Virus record (IMG/VR): IMGVR_UViG_3300020473_000013
Location: 124,001-188,000 of that record
Reading direction: 5' to 3' (one strand)
DNA: 64,000 bases
Positions 8,037 to 17,908 of this stretch are shown in pieces. A program made the position numbers and the translations under genes. Each line of letters begins with the position of its first letter. Within the stretch, counting starts at the first letter, position 1. The notes below the pieces were generated by a model. That model was not told where the DNA came from, made no database searches, and worked only from the letters and a program-made list of their open reading frames with translations.

Positions 8037-8258
8037 ATGTTTGGATGGCTCCGTCGATTATTCCCTGCGCGTGACTGGTACCGCGAGGGTTGGGACACCG
8101 CTGATAAGGCTATGGAGAGTGCGGTTGATCCTGAGGACACGGCAAAAGAACTCTACATAATGTCCGACGGAGCATTCAACTTCAAGAAACGCCACTACGA
8201 ATTTGATCGAGGGATACAGGCACGACTTGCCGAGCTTGGATACTTCGATAACGATTAA
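8037..8258 (+). CDS. small hypothetical protein
   Basis: ATG at 8037 with AAGGA RBS; 73 aa. Confidence 0.6.
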   Translation: MFGWLRRLFPARDWYREGWDTADKAMESAVDPEDTAKELYIMSDGAFNFKKRHYEFDRGIQARLAELGYFDND

Positions 8259-8413
8259 ACCACCCGCGGGCGTAGAGGTAGTGTGGGAGACTTTGAAGCT
8301 GCCCGAAAGCAGTGGAGTCGCTAATGTCCTCCGGCATCCGTCCTTCGTGACGTAAAACGCAACACTGCCGCCGATAACCACCATCCGTCCGCACCTTATT
8401 CCGAGGAGAGATC

Positions 8414-8704
8414 ATGCGTAAGGTTCTCGTCCTGACAAGCAGAACGCCCTTGGCTCTGGTCGTTGTGTTGGCTTTAGCAGGAGTGACCGGTTGTTCCGAC
8501 AACGAAGCCGACGCACAGGAGCCTGGCAGATTCACCCGAATCGACAACTTCCGCATCTTCGATGGAGATCGGCGGAAAGAAGGATATACACTACGCGACA
8601 GAGAGACTGGCAACTGCTACCTGTGGTTGTGGGGCGGGTCCGGAAACGGCGGGCCTGCCATTACGTCCATCGACTGTCCAGACCCTGAACAGGAGGCACC
8701 ATGA
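8414..8704 (+). CDS. putative lipoprotein
   Basis: Basic N-terminus, hydrophobic stretch, lipobox-like VTGC; GAGGAG RBS. Confidence 0.7.
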   Translation: MRKVLVLTSRTPLALVVVLALAGVTGCSDNEADAQEPGRFTRIDNFRIFDGDRRKEGYTLRDRETGNCYLWLWGGSGNGGPAITSIDCPDPEQEAP

Positions 8705-9684
8705 CCGTAGCAGTAGAGAAGGACGATTACATCATCGTGAAGCATCGGAACAACAAGCCGACGCTTTGCTTCGTCCTCAACGCCAAGACCAAACGGGCTG
8801 TCATCGAGAAGACCTTGCTGTCCGACGAGCCGGAGCATATCACCTACGAAGACGAGAAGCTCCTGTGCAATCTCGGGCCCAATCCTCAGCACGGGAAAAT
8901 CTACGGTGTTGATGTTACGCCTTACAAGGACACCATCGAGACCAAGCGCTTCGGCCCTATTTTGCTTTTCCGCGACCTGGACAAGAAGGAACTCAAGGCT
9001 CTACGCAAAGCCATGAAGTCCGTGTTCGATATGTTCGAGAAGGAAGCGAGCACCGCGTTTCTTCCGCTGTATCAGATTCACCTCTTGCCGAAGAAGGGTA
9101 AGTACGCCGGCGTGTACATCGCCAAGACCAAAGGTTCCGAAGTATACGATCAGATCAAGCTCCATCCCGAGTCCTTCGCCGACCCTATCTACAACGAGTA
9201 CCTTATCGCCCACGAGTTCGCGCACGGCCTCTGGTACCGTTGCGTTCCACTGGAGCTGCGGGTCAAGTGGATGAAGCTCTACCAGAAACGCCTAAAGCTC
9301 AGCTCCATCGACGAGAAACACCTCGGTGAGTTGTGCCACGACGTTGTTCGGTACGAAGGCGGTATCCGCGACTACATGAAGGAAGTGGCGGACGATGATG
9401 AGAAGCTGGTCATCAAGGAAGTCCTGACCTACTTCAAGAAATATCACAGCATGGCGGCGCAAGACGTTGACCTGATGCTTGCTCACGACAGCGGTAAGCT
9501 GGCTGATATGTGGCCTACCCGCGCCCTGTTGTCCGAGAGCCGGCCTGACATTTCTCAGTATTCGATGACGAAGGTCGAAGAATTTTTCGCCGAGGCCGTA
9601 GCTTATCACTTCTCCGGTCGCCAGCTTCCGAAAGACGTGGCCAAAGGTCTCAAAGCCACCTTCGCAAAGGCGAAACTGGTATGA
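8701..9684 (+). CDS. zincin-like metallopeptidase domain protein
   Basis: HEFAH (HExxH) plus distal EEFFAE. Confidence 0.65.
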   Translation: MTVAVEKDDYIIVKHRNNKPTLCFVLNAKTKRAVIEKTLLSDEPEHITYEDEKLLCNLGPNPQHGKIYGVDVTPYKDTIETKRFGPILLFRDLDKKELKALRKAMKSVFDMFEKEASTAFLPLYQIHLLPKKGKYAGVYIAKTKGSEVYDQIKLHPESFADPIYNEYLIAHEFAHGLWYRCVPLELRVKWMKLYQKRLKLSSIDEKHLGELCHDVVRYEGGIRDYMKEVADDDEKLVIKEVLTYFKKYHSMAAQDVDLMLAHDSGKLADMWPTRALLSESRPDISQYSMTKVEEFFAEAVAYHFSGRQLPKDVAKGLKATFAKAKLV

Positions 9685-9784
9685 GCACTATCACGGTATT
9701 CCTAGAGGCTGGGTGCAAGCGTGCGTTGGCGCCTGCTTCTTGAGTATCGCGCACACCTCTATTAAAACCTCCGTTACATCCTTG

Positions 9785-9807
9785 GGGAGCCTTTGGGCTC
9801 CCTTTTT
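9785..9807 (+). terminator. intrinsic terminator
   Basis: GGGAGCC-TTTG-GGCTCCC followed by TTTTT. Confidence 0.85.
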
Positions 9808-9818
9808 CGTTCCAAAAC

Positions 9819-9833
9819 TGTAAATACTGGACA
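9819..9833 (+). promoter_or_regulatory. putative phage promoter (TGTAAATA class)
   Basis: TGTAAATACTGGACA immediately after the terminator. Confidence 0.55.
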
Positions 9834-9861
9834 ATAGCTTTCTTTACTTTGGTGATTGTAT

Positions 9862-10608
9862 ATGCACGTCTTGGCGGAGATCGTCGAGAGGAATACTGAG
9901 CTTTTTAGCGGAGTGCACCAGCACAGGCCCAACGGCCTGCGGACTGTCCGCCCATTGTATCCCAATCGAATCAAGTTTATTTGTAGCCCTAATCGCTACC
10001 AGTTTTTGTATCCTGGTTTGTACTTTGAAATTCCTGAACGCCTGTCCTTGTATGAGATGGAGTTGTTAGAGTCAGCCGTGCTTAAGGTGCTACGCACTAA
10101 GGCGCACAAGGCAACAACAACTCCTCTCCAGATTCCCGAGACTTTAGGCAGAAAGTTGAGTGCGTCCACGAGTTCGTTCCTGTTCAATGGATTCGTAACG
10201 CGCAAGCACAAGACGTACCTGAAGTCGGCCAAGTGCGTCTGGATCGACCCGACGCCCGGCCTGTACTCTACTTCGATTCTGGAGCCTGAGTACGGGGAGG
10301 TGTTCTCCATCGAGGACACAGGTTCAATCCTGAGTTCCTTGATCACCATGTTGACCCTGTGTTGTGGTCCTGTACGCGACAGTCGGGGAGACGTTGCCAA
10401 GCGCAATATTTCCCTTGTCCGTGCTGCGTATCCCGAGGCGCACACTCCTGACCTGAACATCGGTAAGCTCGGAGAGTTGTCCTTGTCGTTTGGCAGCATC
10501 ACCCTGCAGGACTTCGAGAGTCCCCTGGGTGTAAATGTTGTGCAGGCGATGCTGTACTCTTTCCTGGACCTGCAGACCGATCTATCCAATTACATGAGGT
10601 GGCGTTAA
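9862..10608 (+). CDS. hypothetical protein
   Basis: ~248 aa ORF; stop overlaps the dnaX start. Confidence 0.65.
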   Translation: MHVLAEIVERNTELFSGVHQHRPNGLRTVRPLYPNRIKFICSPNRYQFLYPGLYFEIPERLSLYEMELLESAVLKVLRTKAHKATTTPLQIPETLGRKLSASTSSFLFNGFVTRKHKTYLKSAKCVWIDPTPGLYSTSILEPEYGEVFSIEDTGSILSSLITMLTLCCGPVRDSRGDVAKRNISLVRAAYPEAHTPDLNIGKLGELSLSFGSITLQDFESPLGVNVVQAMLYSFLDLQTDLSNYMRWR

Positions 10609-11774
10609 TGGCTAAGAAGAAAACATCTAAGTCCGATAAGGAACCCCAGGTTAAGGGAGCGGCTACTAGCCAGTCGCTCGCCGTGAAGTATCGACCGCGG
10701 AAGATGAAGGACCTCGTCGGTCAGAATCACATCACGTCCCAGCTCAAGGGCATGATGAAGCAGAACAAGGTACCGGGAGCTTTCCTGCTGGAAGGTCAAA
10801 CCGGTGGCGGTAAGACAACGCTGGCTCGAATCCTCCATCGGTACCTGAACTGTGAGAAAGGCACGGCGTGCGGCAAGTGTGAGTCCTGCCGCATCAACCC
10901 GAACAGCCATCCCGACCTCGTCTCTATCAACGCGGGTGAGAACGGGCGTGTGGATGACATCCGCAAGCTGATCAAAGGTAGCAAGGTCGCTCCGTATCAC
11001 AACAAGCGCATCATCCTGATCGACGAGGCTCACAAGCTGACTGGTGCTTCTGCCGAGGCTCTGCTTGTTCCGATCGAGGAACCGAGTCGTGATACCATCT
11101 GGATTCTCTGCACCACGAATCCGGAGAAGATGCTGCCAACTATCGTGAACCGCTGCACCCGCTTCACCATGAAGCCTGTGGAGCATGAGCCCATCGTTAA
11201 ACGTCTGGGCGACATTGCGCAGAAGGAAGGCGTGGACCTGTCATCCGAGTCTGGTGTTGAAGCGCTCGGCCTTATCGCCGACTTCTCCAACGGCAGTATG
11301 CGTCAAGCCATCGCGTTGTTGGAGAACGTGCTGTATGCCGCGGCAGGCGGAGCTGACATTAGCAGCAAGGACGTTCTGGCGTCTTTCATCCAGAACTCCG
11401 AGGTCGATCTGGACAAAGCTGCCGTCAGCCTCGTGGCCGCCCTGATGAACAACGACCTCAAAGGCGCTATCCGGTTCGTGCGCAAGGCCGCTAACCCACG
11501 CGGCATGCTTAGCAAGTCCCGCTGGCTCGTCGATTATCTGATCGGCACTAAGACCAAGACCGCCAAGTTCAAGCCGTATTCAGGCCGCGTGTTCGAGAAG
11601 CTGGCGAAAGACAAGGGTATCGAGGTGCGTCTGGACATGCTCCTCATGTTACAGATGGCTCTGGTCGATGCGGAAATGAAGATGAACAGCACGTCCATCG
11701 ACGAGTCCGTTCTTCTCCAGACGGCTATCGCCAAGTTTGCCTTCGATAATGCGGAAGAAGAAGAGGATGAGTAA
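10608..11774 (+). CDS. dnaX: DNA polymerase III gamma/tau-like clamp loader subunit
   Basis: LAVKYRP...DLVGQ, Walker A GQTGGGKTT, Zn motif C..C-GKCESC, Walker B IDEAH, NRC arginine finger. Confidence 0.92.
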   Translation: MAKKKTSKSDKEPQVKGAATSQSLAVKYRPRKMKDLVGQNHITSQLKGMMKQNKVPGAFLLEGQTGGGKTTLARILHRYLNCEKGTACGKCESCRINPNSHPDLVSINAGENGRVDDIRKLIKGSKVAPYHNKRIILIDEAHKLTGASAEALLVPIEEPSRDTIWILCTTNPEKMLPTIVNRCTRFTMKPVEHEPIVKRLGDIAQKEGVDLSSESGVEALGLIADFSNGSMRQAIALLENVLYAAAGGADISSKDVLASFIQNSEVDLDKAAVSLVAALMNNDLKGAIRFVRKAANPRGMLSKSRWLVDYLIGTKTKTAKFKPYSGRVFEKLAKDKGIEVRLDMLLMLQMALVDAEMKMNSTSIDESVLLQTAIAKFAFDNAEEEEDE

Positions 11775-11907
11775 GCGTCGTCATCCAACTCGGCCTCGCG
11801 TCAGCGTTCAGGTCCTCGATTCGTCTGAGGTTCGCCCGAAACCTGAGCGCGTCGAGTTCATCATCACCGCTCCGAAAGGCCCGATCATCACAGGAGGCAA
11901 GAAATGA
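11767..11907 (+). CDS. small basic protein (46 aa, not in the ORF track)
   Basis: MSKRRHPTRPRVSVQVLD...; overlaps both neighbours, consistent with translational coupling. Confidence 0.5.
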   Translation: MSKRRHPTRPRVSVQVLDSSEVRPKPERVEFIITAPKGPIITGGKK

Positions 11908-12242
11908 GCGCACTGATTCCTGGTTCCAAATGGTTCAGCAAGTCCGGTGACCAGTACACCGTTATAGGTGTGACGAACTCTGCCCTCAAGGCAGAAGGCA
12001 TCGAGCCGGGTGAGATCGTGCTGGCCAATGAGCGGGCGTCACCCGATCGGCGTGCCCAATATCCGCTCACGGCCATCATTGTTGGCGGCAACGGTATGTT
12101 GCATGCCTACACTTACGACGATATGGTGGCGTATAACACCTCGCTCGGAACCCTCAACCGCTTCGTCGTCTACAGAGGCCCGGATGGTCTAACATGGGCG
12201 CGCCATCCAGACAGCTTCCTCGAATCAATGACGCCCCAATAA
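11904..12242 (+). CDS. DUF1653-like hypothetical protein
   Basis: Y-x-V-IGV and VVYRGPDGLTWAR..F pattern; GGAGG RBS. Confidence 0.55.
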   Translation: MSALIPGSKWFSKSGDQYTVIGVTNSALKAEGIEPGEIVLANERASPDRRAQYPLTAIIVGGNGMLHAYTYDDMVAYNTSLGTLNRFVVYRGPDGLTWARHPDSFLESMTPQ

Positions 12243-12252
12243 GGAGAGTAAC

Positions 12253-12810
12253 ATGGGTAAGAAAAAGCAGAAGCCTCATACCCCGAACCAACCCATCGCA
12301 GACAAGGTGGACGTGCGGACGCCTGTTCCGCGCTCCGACCAGCCAGAGCGAAAGCGTACGGAATCCGTTCAGATTCTCGACGCTGCCACGCACCAGCCCG
12401 TCAATGAGCCTGAACCGGAACAACCGAAGCAGGATGAAGGTGCTGGAGAGCAGCTCGGTTATCAGGAGCGCGTCGATACGTGGCTCCGCGAGACCTTTGG
12501 CGAACGTGTGCCTTACGATAAAACCCAGCGTAACCATCGCTTCCTCGAGGAAGCTCTGGAGCTGGTGCAGGCCTGCCATTGCTCTCGCGAGGAAGCCCAC
12601 AAGCTGGTGGACTACGTGTTCAGCCGTCCGCGAGGTGAGCTACGCCAAGAAGTAGGAGGCGCCGTGCTGTCTCTTGCCGCACTTTGTAACGCACAAGGTG
12701 TGAATATGGATGAGTGCGGCGAAGCAGGCCTTCAAGAGGTCTGGGAGCGCATCCCCGAGATTCGTGAGAAGCAGGCAAACATCCCGATGTTCTCCGCCCT
12801 GCCACGGTAA
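12253..12810 (+). CDS. MazG-like NTP pyrophosphohydrolase
   Basis: RFLEEALELVQA...QEVGG all-alpha NTP-PPase pattern. Confidence 0.7.
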   Translation: MGKKKQKPHTPNQPIADKVDVRTPVPRSDQPERKRTESVQILDAATHQPVNEPEPEQPKQDEGAGEQLGYQERVDTWLRETFGERVPYDKTQRNHRFLEEALELVQACHCSREEAHKLVDYVFSRPRGELRQEVGGAVLSLAALCNAQGVNMDECGEAGLQEVWERIPEIREKQANIPMFSALPR

Positions 12811-12834
12811 CCAACCAAAAGTAGGGACTGACCT

Positions 12835-15228
12835 GTGATTGAAGTTGATTCCTTTGTACTCCGTAACGTTGTCCATTTTAACGAGGCTAAAGTTCCCGTC
12901 AAAAAGAACTGCGGCCTCGTAATCATTTCTGGGTTGAATAAGGACAGCCGCATCGCGGAAGACCAAAACAACGGAGCGGGAAAGTCCCTTCTATGGAGCG
13001 CTATCCCGAACTGTCGTTATGCGGCTGCCCCTTCCTCCACCCTTAAGAACACCAAGAAAGACATGCTCGATAGCTCCAAGTCGGAGATCGAGATTCGCTT
13101 CCGTAACAACCACGGGCAGAAGGTGAGGTTCATCCAGAAGCCTACCAAGTGGTTGATCGAGGAGCAAGACCCTGAAACTGGTGAGATGGTAGACAGCAAG
13201 GCGCGCACCACTGCCATCCAACAGGAGAAGATGGCGGAGCATTTTCCTCTAACACAGGACGAGTTCTATGCCTATACTTACCTGTCGTCTATTCAAGGGC
13301 AGCGCCTGCACTTTCAAGTGGAGAAGCCGGCAGAACGCCTCAAGTTCATCACCTCTATCTTTCAGCTCGATTCTTACGACAAGCTGAAAAAGTATTTCAC
13401 CAACATGCTTGGTAGGATCAAGGACGAGCAGACCAAGTTCTCCGTCCTGGAGTCCAAGCTGTTGAACGTCAACACCCAGCTCGATAAGGTGGGCTGGACC
13501 GAGGACGACGCCAAGGACGCGAAGAAGGTAAAGGCTGAGTTCGCCGAGCTGCAGGATGAACGCGATTTGGTAGCCAAGAAGCTATCCGAATGCGAGCGGC
13601 TCCTCTCGTCTCTCAAGTCGTTGCTCAAGCTGGTTCGCAAGCGCGATGATCTTCTGGAGTCCTTTAACTCGGATAAGCCCCTTGAAGAAATCGTGGATAA
13701 GCTGCGCAAGCGGAAGAAAGTCATCCGCGAGTACGAAGCCTACCTTAAGTCCATGAAGTCCTACGAACGCAGCACCCAGCGTATTCGTGACAATCTGGAG
13801 GAGTTGGAGAAGCACGATCTGGAGCCCGCCAAGCGTTTGCGTAAGCGTCGCAAGGCTCTTATCAAGCGCGAAGAGGAGCTTCGTGCGCAGTGGGAAGATG
13901 AGCGCGATACCGTTGTCCGCCACGACCGCTGGACTAAGGTATACGACAAGGCAAAGGCCGCCCTGCAAGAACTTGGTTATGATTCTCCTCGGGAGGTCGA
14001 TACCGAGACGGACATAGACGACGAAATCTCCATCTGCCGCACCACGTTGAAGCTGCGTAAGCTATTGGACTCTGATCAAGACTCGCAGTGTCCGACGTGT
14101 ATGCAGTCCGTGGACATGAAGGCGATCACCAAGAACGTCAAGAAAGCTGAAAAGCGTCTGGTCAAACTCCAAGCTCTGGAAGAAGCACGTCAGGTGTACC
14201 GCCGCTGTTCCGACGCACGCACCGAACTCAAGAATATCGGTGACCGCCCTGACATCGAGAGCATCAAGGAGCAGCTCAACGAGGTACGTGCGGAGCGCAA
14301 GTCCATCGACGAGAAGCTCCATACGCATGAGCGCATCGCCGAGCTACGGGAGAACCTGAGCAACATCGAGAAGCCGACCGAACCGTCCAAGACACCTCCC
14401 AAGGGCGCGTCTGTCGATGACATCGACGATGCTCTGGCCCAGTGCCGCGAGCTATCCAACGTCGAGCACTCCATCGATAACATGGTAAGCAACGATGACG
14501 ACCTGGCCAAGGCTCTGGATGATCCTGAGTCCTATACCAGCAAGATGAAGAAGCGGAAGAAGAAGCATCAGGACAAGCTGGAGAAAATCGACGCACGTTA
14601 CCGCAAGCTGGTGAAGAAGAACAGCGACTATGACCTGCGTCTAGGCGAGTATCGTGTCTTGTCCAAGCAGAAGTTGGAACTGGAGTCGGACATGGAGGCA
14701 ATCCGTCCGATTCTGGAGAAGCGCGATCTGTACAAGGCTCTGGAAAAAGCGTACAGCGCCAAAGGCCTGAAGGTAGCTAAGGCAAACGAGATCGTCCGCT
14801 TGCTTGAAGCCAACCTCAATCGTTACTCCAACCTTGTGTTTGCCGAAGCATTCAAGTTCAACGTGTACGCCGCGGAGCAAGGTGTGTTCTGTGAGGTCGA
14901 TCGAGGTAACGGCAAGATAACGGACGTCCGCCTTATGTCTGGAGCGGAATCCGACAGTTTCCGTTTGCTGTTCATGCTTAGCTTGTTGCTAATGATCCCT
15001 GCGGAGCGTCGCACCAACTTCGTCGTGCTGGATGAACCTGATAGTCACATGGACTCGCGCACCCGATCCCTGTTCGCTGAGCGTTTCCTTCCGTTCTTGC
15101 GTGAAGTGGTCCCCCACGTGTTCCTCATCACTCCGAAGGATCACCACCTCTATCAGGAGTGTGAACGCTGGGTAGTCGTTAAAGAAGGTGGTGTGTCTAT
15201 CCTCAATCGCAAAGGTATCGCAGCATGA
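12835..15228 (+). CDS. sbcC: SbcC/Rad50-like ATPase (recombination nuclease subunit)
   Basis: Walker A NGAGKS, coiled coils with Zn-hook CPTC, signature MSGAE, Walker B VVLDEP. Confidence 0.9.
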   Translation: MIEVDSFVLRNVVHFNEAKVPVKKNCGLVIISGLNKDSRIAEDQNNGAGKSLLWSAIPNCRYAAAPSSTLKNTKKDMLDSSKSEIEIRFRNNHGQKVRFIQKPTKWLIEEQDPETGEMVDSKARTTAIQQEKMAEHFPLTQDEFYAYTYLSSIQGQRLHFQVEKPAERLKFITSIFQLDSYDKLKKYFTNMLGRIKDEQTKFSVLESKLLNVNTQLDKVGWTEDDAKDAKKVKAEFAELQDERDLVAKKLSECERLLSSLKSLLKLVRKRDDLLESFNSDKPLEEIVDKLRKRKKVIREYEAYLKSMKSYERSTQRIRDNLEELEKHDLEPAKRLRKRRKALIKREEELRAQWEDERDTVVRHDRWTKVYDKAKAALQELGYDSPREVDTETDIDDEISICRTTLKLRKLLDSDQDSQCPTCMQSVDMKAITKNVKKAEKRLVKLQALEEARQVYRRCSDARTELKNIGDRPDIESIKEQLNEVRAERKSIDEKLHTHERIAELRENLSNIEKPTEPSKTPPKGASVDDIDDALAQCRELSNVEHSIDNMVSNDDDLAKALDDPESYTSKMKKRKKKHQDKLEKIDARYRKLVKKNSDYDLRLGEYRVLSKQKLELESDMEAIRPILEKRDLYKALEKAYSAKGLKVAKANEIVRLLEANLNRYSNLVFAEAFKFNVYAAEQGVFCEVDRGNGKITDVRLMSGAESDSFRLLFMLSLLLMIPAERRTNFVVLDEPDSHMDSRTRSLFAERFLPFLREVVPHVFLITPKDHHLYQECERWVVVKEGGVSILNRKGIAA

Positions 15229-15563
15229 TCGTACACAGCTCTAAGTACACGCTGACGCTTCCGCGCACCAACCAGCTGGAGCAGTTCAAGCTCTGGCTGG
15301 ATGATACCTTGCTGTCTCGGGACTTCCTTGTTGAGGAGGGCGATGCTGAGGAGTTCTTCATGACTCCTGGAGCTTACCTCCGCATATCCAATCTGGTAAA
15401 ACCTGTCGAAGGCTCCGATACACCCAGCCCGTCAGGAGGCACTATCATAGGCACGCTGTGTGGTGTGCGTGTGCGCTCTCCTCTGTTTGTTCGCTCGGAG
15501 CTTCGCGATCTGGAAGGCCTGGCGGACATGCAACTCGAATACAGAATAATCAGGAGCGAATGA
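15225..15563 (+). CDS. hypothetical protein
   Basis: 112 aa; ATGA coupling. Confidence 0.6.
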   Translation: MIVHSSKYTLTLPRTNQLEQFKLWLDDTLLSRDFLVEEGDAEEFFMTPGAYLRISNLVKPVEGSDTPSPSGGTIIGTLCGVRVRSPLFVRSELRDLEGLADMQLEYRIIRSE

Positions 15564-16333
15564 TGCGCGTGTTCGGCTCAGCCAACCATTCTCCGGACTT
15601 CCTCATCCGTTACTTGTACCGCAAGCTCAACGTCCCTCTGGATTCCATCTTGATCGTCAGCTCCGGAGACACGCTGGCGCGCAAGACCAATAACACACAC
15701 TTCATCTTTCTAGGCTCTGCCGCACTACGCCGTAACCTGGACACGGTTAACTCCAGGAAGTACAACGGCAAGGTAGGCATTGTTTGCGCGTCGCCTCTCC
15801 ACCTGCATGAGTTCGACGCGGTCCTTCCTTTGGATTACTCAGAGTCAGATAATCCTCATCTGGATGCGTTCGAGCTTGGTCCTATAGCTCGACGCGCCTT
15901 CAACATGGCGGACGTTAAGGTGCGCTATGAGAAGCGAGATTACACCGACGTTGTTCAGGCCAAAGTGGAATCGTTTACGGGTATCCTGACTCAATTCATG
16001 ACGTTCGTATACACGACTCCCAGCGCTACGCACCAAAAGCCTATAAAGGAGCTCGCTTGCACATGGCTTGTGTCAGGCGAGGATCACAAGGTGTTGGTGG
16101 ACCGCCTTGAAACCCTGATCAAAACCGTTCCTCTTACAGACAAACAACAGGCCAAGTTTCTGTCTCTAATGACATCCGCCGATGCTGGCACGTATGGTGT
16201 TGCCTTGCAGGAGGCCAAGGAGTGCGAGTCCGTCGATAGTACCGAGTTCAAAGCCGTGGCGTCCAAGTACGCTGTCTCGGCGTATGAAATGCGCTATATT
16301 CTGTCCGTGGCTTCGACTGCCAAGTGTAAATAG
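15560..16333 (+). CDS. hypothetical protein
   Basis: 257 aa from ATG 15560 with AGGAG RBS. Confidence 0.7.
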   Translation: MMRVFGSANHSPDFLIRYLYRKLNVPLDSILIVSSGDTLARKTNNTHFIFLGSAALRRNLDTVNSRKYNGKVGIVCASPLHLHEFDAVLPLDYSESDNPHLDAFELGPIARRAFNMADVKVRYEKRDYTDVVQAKVESFTGILTQFMTFVYTTPSATHQKPIKELACTWLVSGEDHKVLVDRLETLIKTVPLTDKQQAKFLSLMTSADAGTYGVALQEAKECESVDSTEFKAVASKYAVSAYEMRYILSVASTAKCK

Positions 16334-16339
16334 AGAGCA
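16325..16339 (+). promoter_or_regulatory. putative phage promoter TGTAAA-N6-GCA
   Basis: TGTAAATAGAGAGCA upstream of sbcD; overlaps the upstream stop. Confidence 0.6.
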
Positions 16340-16357
16340 GACACGAACGGAGGCACT

Positions 16358-17425
16358 ATGAGTCGCACACTTGAGGCAATCGCCACATCAGACTGGCACT
16401 TCATGGGGTTGGCCAAGCACTTCCCCAACCACGTTGAACGCACCATCTACGAGCTGGACAAAATCTACCAGTACGCTGTGGCGAATGGCATCCCCTATGT
16501 CCTTGTGCCCGGCGACATTAGCGATACTCCTCACATGCCGTACGAGGTCTACATCGCTCTGGTGCTGTTCCTCAAGAAGTACGACGGTCTGGTGGAGACG
16601 CACTACATTCCCGGCAACCATGACTTCTCCGACGTGAAGAAGACTAGCATGGACCTGCTGAGCGTCCTCCAACAAAACCAGTTCTTCGAGTCGTTCCACC
16701 TTCACATGGGACACACGGAAATAGAGCTTGAGGACGTGCCTATAAACTTCCTTCCATACCCGTGGAACGAGGCTCCTGCATCTGACATTCCGCATCTGAA
16801 CTTCTCCCATATCTCCTACAACGGAGCAATCGGGGACAACGGGCGAAAGATACGGGTGAAGGACGAGTTTATTCAGAACCCTGGCGACTTCAACATCAGT
16901 GGTCATATCCACCAGTATCAGTATATGGAGTCCAAGCGCGCCTTGTACTGCGGCAACCCCTTCCAAAAGAACTTCGGAGAGAAGCTGCCCAAAGGGTTCG
17001 TCCACTTCAAGGCAAAGCTAAAGGACGAGCGGATCGCGTTCAAGCACAAGTTCGTGGATAACAAACCTGACTTCCGCCTCATTAACATGAACATCGAGTC
17101 GCGGGAAGACTTCGCCCGACTGTCCGACAGTGATTCTATACGGTACAAGTTATGGCTTGCTGCGGGTGTAGAGATTCCTAAGGACCTTCGCCTACGCTTT
17201 CCTAACATAACAGGCGGCATCTTTGATCTGGATTCCAAGGTGCGCGCGCAAGATCGGGAAGAAGTGAAGACGTTGATCCAGGACCCAAGCGCTAATCAGG
17301 TGGACCTCATGTACGGACTCAAGGACTACATGAAAGGCGCAGGCTTCAAGAAACGGGACTATCAGGAAGCGCGGTCCCTTGTTAAACAGGCGGCCAACGA
17401 ATTGGGCCTCGACCTTGTGGAGTGA
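16358..17425 (+). CDS. sbcD: SbcD/Mre11-like metallophosphoesterase nuclease
   Basis: SDWH, PGDISD, PGNHD, SGHIH, YCGNPFQKNFGE. Confidence 0.92.
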   Translation: MSRTLEAIATSDWHFMGLAKHFPNHVERTIYELDKIYQYAVANGIPYVLVPGDISDTPHMPYEVYIALVLFLKKYDGLVETHYIPGNHDFSDVKKTSMDLLSVLQQNQFFESFHLHMGHTEIELEDVPINFLPYPWNEAPASDIPHLNFSHISYNGAIGDNGRKIRVKDEFIQNPGDFNISGHIHQYQYMESKRALYCGNPFQKNFGEKLPKGFVHFKAKLKDERIAFKHKFVDNKPDFRLINMNIESREDFARLSDSDSIRYKLWLAAGVEIPKDLRLRFPNITGGIFDLDSKVRAQDREEVKTLIQDPSANQVDLMYGLKDYMKGAGFKKRDYQEARSLVKQAANELGLDLVE

Positions 17426-17427
17426 TC

Positions 17428-17871
17428 ATGTCTAAGACCCATCGTTTCTACCACATCTGTGACCCCAATCTTCCAGTTGCTCGTGCCTGGGGTCGCCAGC
17501 GTACCCGTATGGGTAGAGCCCATATATTCCTACTTTTGGAGAGCGGTCCTGAGTTCGTGGGTGCGTGCGAGGTGACTGTCTCTCGCAAACACCGCGGCAA
17601 TAAGTCCATGTCCACTGGGATCGGCGTGCCGCTCGACATGGCAAAACGTTTGGCAGACTTGAGCTTGTCGCGAGTCTATATGCTGTACACGGAGCTTGTT
17701 CGCTTCGACGATGAGGATGCGTTCGTGCGCAGCGTTATCGAGTCCTTGTCTCCCAAGGAATCCGATTATTGGCACCCTCCTGCAGGGTTCCGCCTTAAGG
17801 ATTACCAGAAGCCCGCGGCGGAGTTCGTCGAGAGAAAGCTGTCTGAGAATCCGACAGTGTCTCTATTGTAA
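17428..17871 (+). CDS. hypothetical protein
   Basis: 147 aa ORF following sbcD. Confidence 0.6.
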   Translation: MSKTHRFYHICDPNLPVARAWGRQRTRMGRAHIFLLLESGPEFVGACEVTVSRKHRGNKSMSTGIGVPLDMAKRLADLSLSRVYMLYTELVRFDDEDAFVRSVIESLSPKESDYWHPPAGFRLKDYQKPAAEFVERKLSENPTVSLL

Positions 17872-17908
17872 CGATAGGAAATTTTTTGGAGGTAACTCCT
17901 CACAATAA

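Noticed and set aside
9681-9743. 20-codon ORF coupled to the peptidase stop
   Set aside because: Too short, with no supporting signal; may be a remnant.
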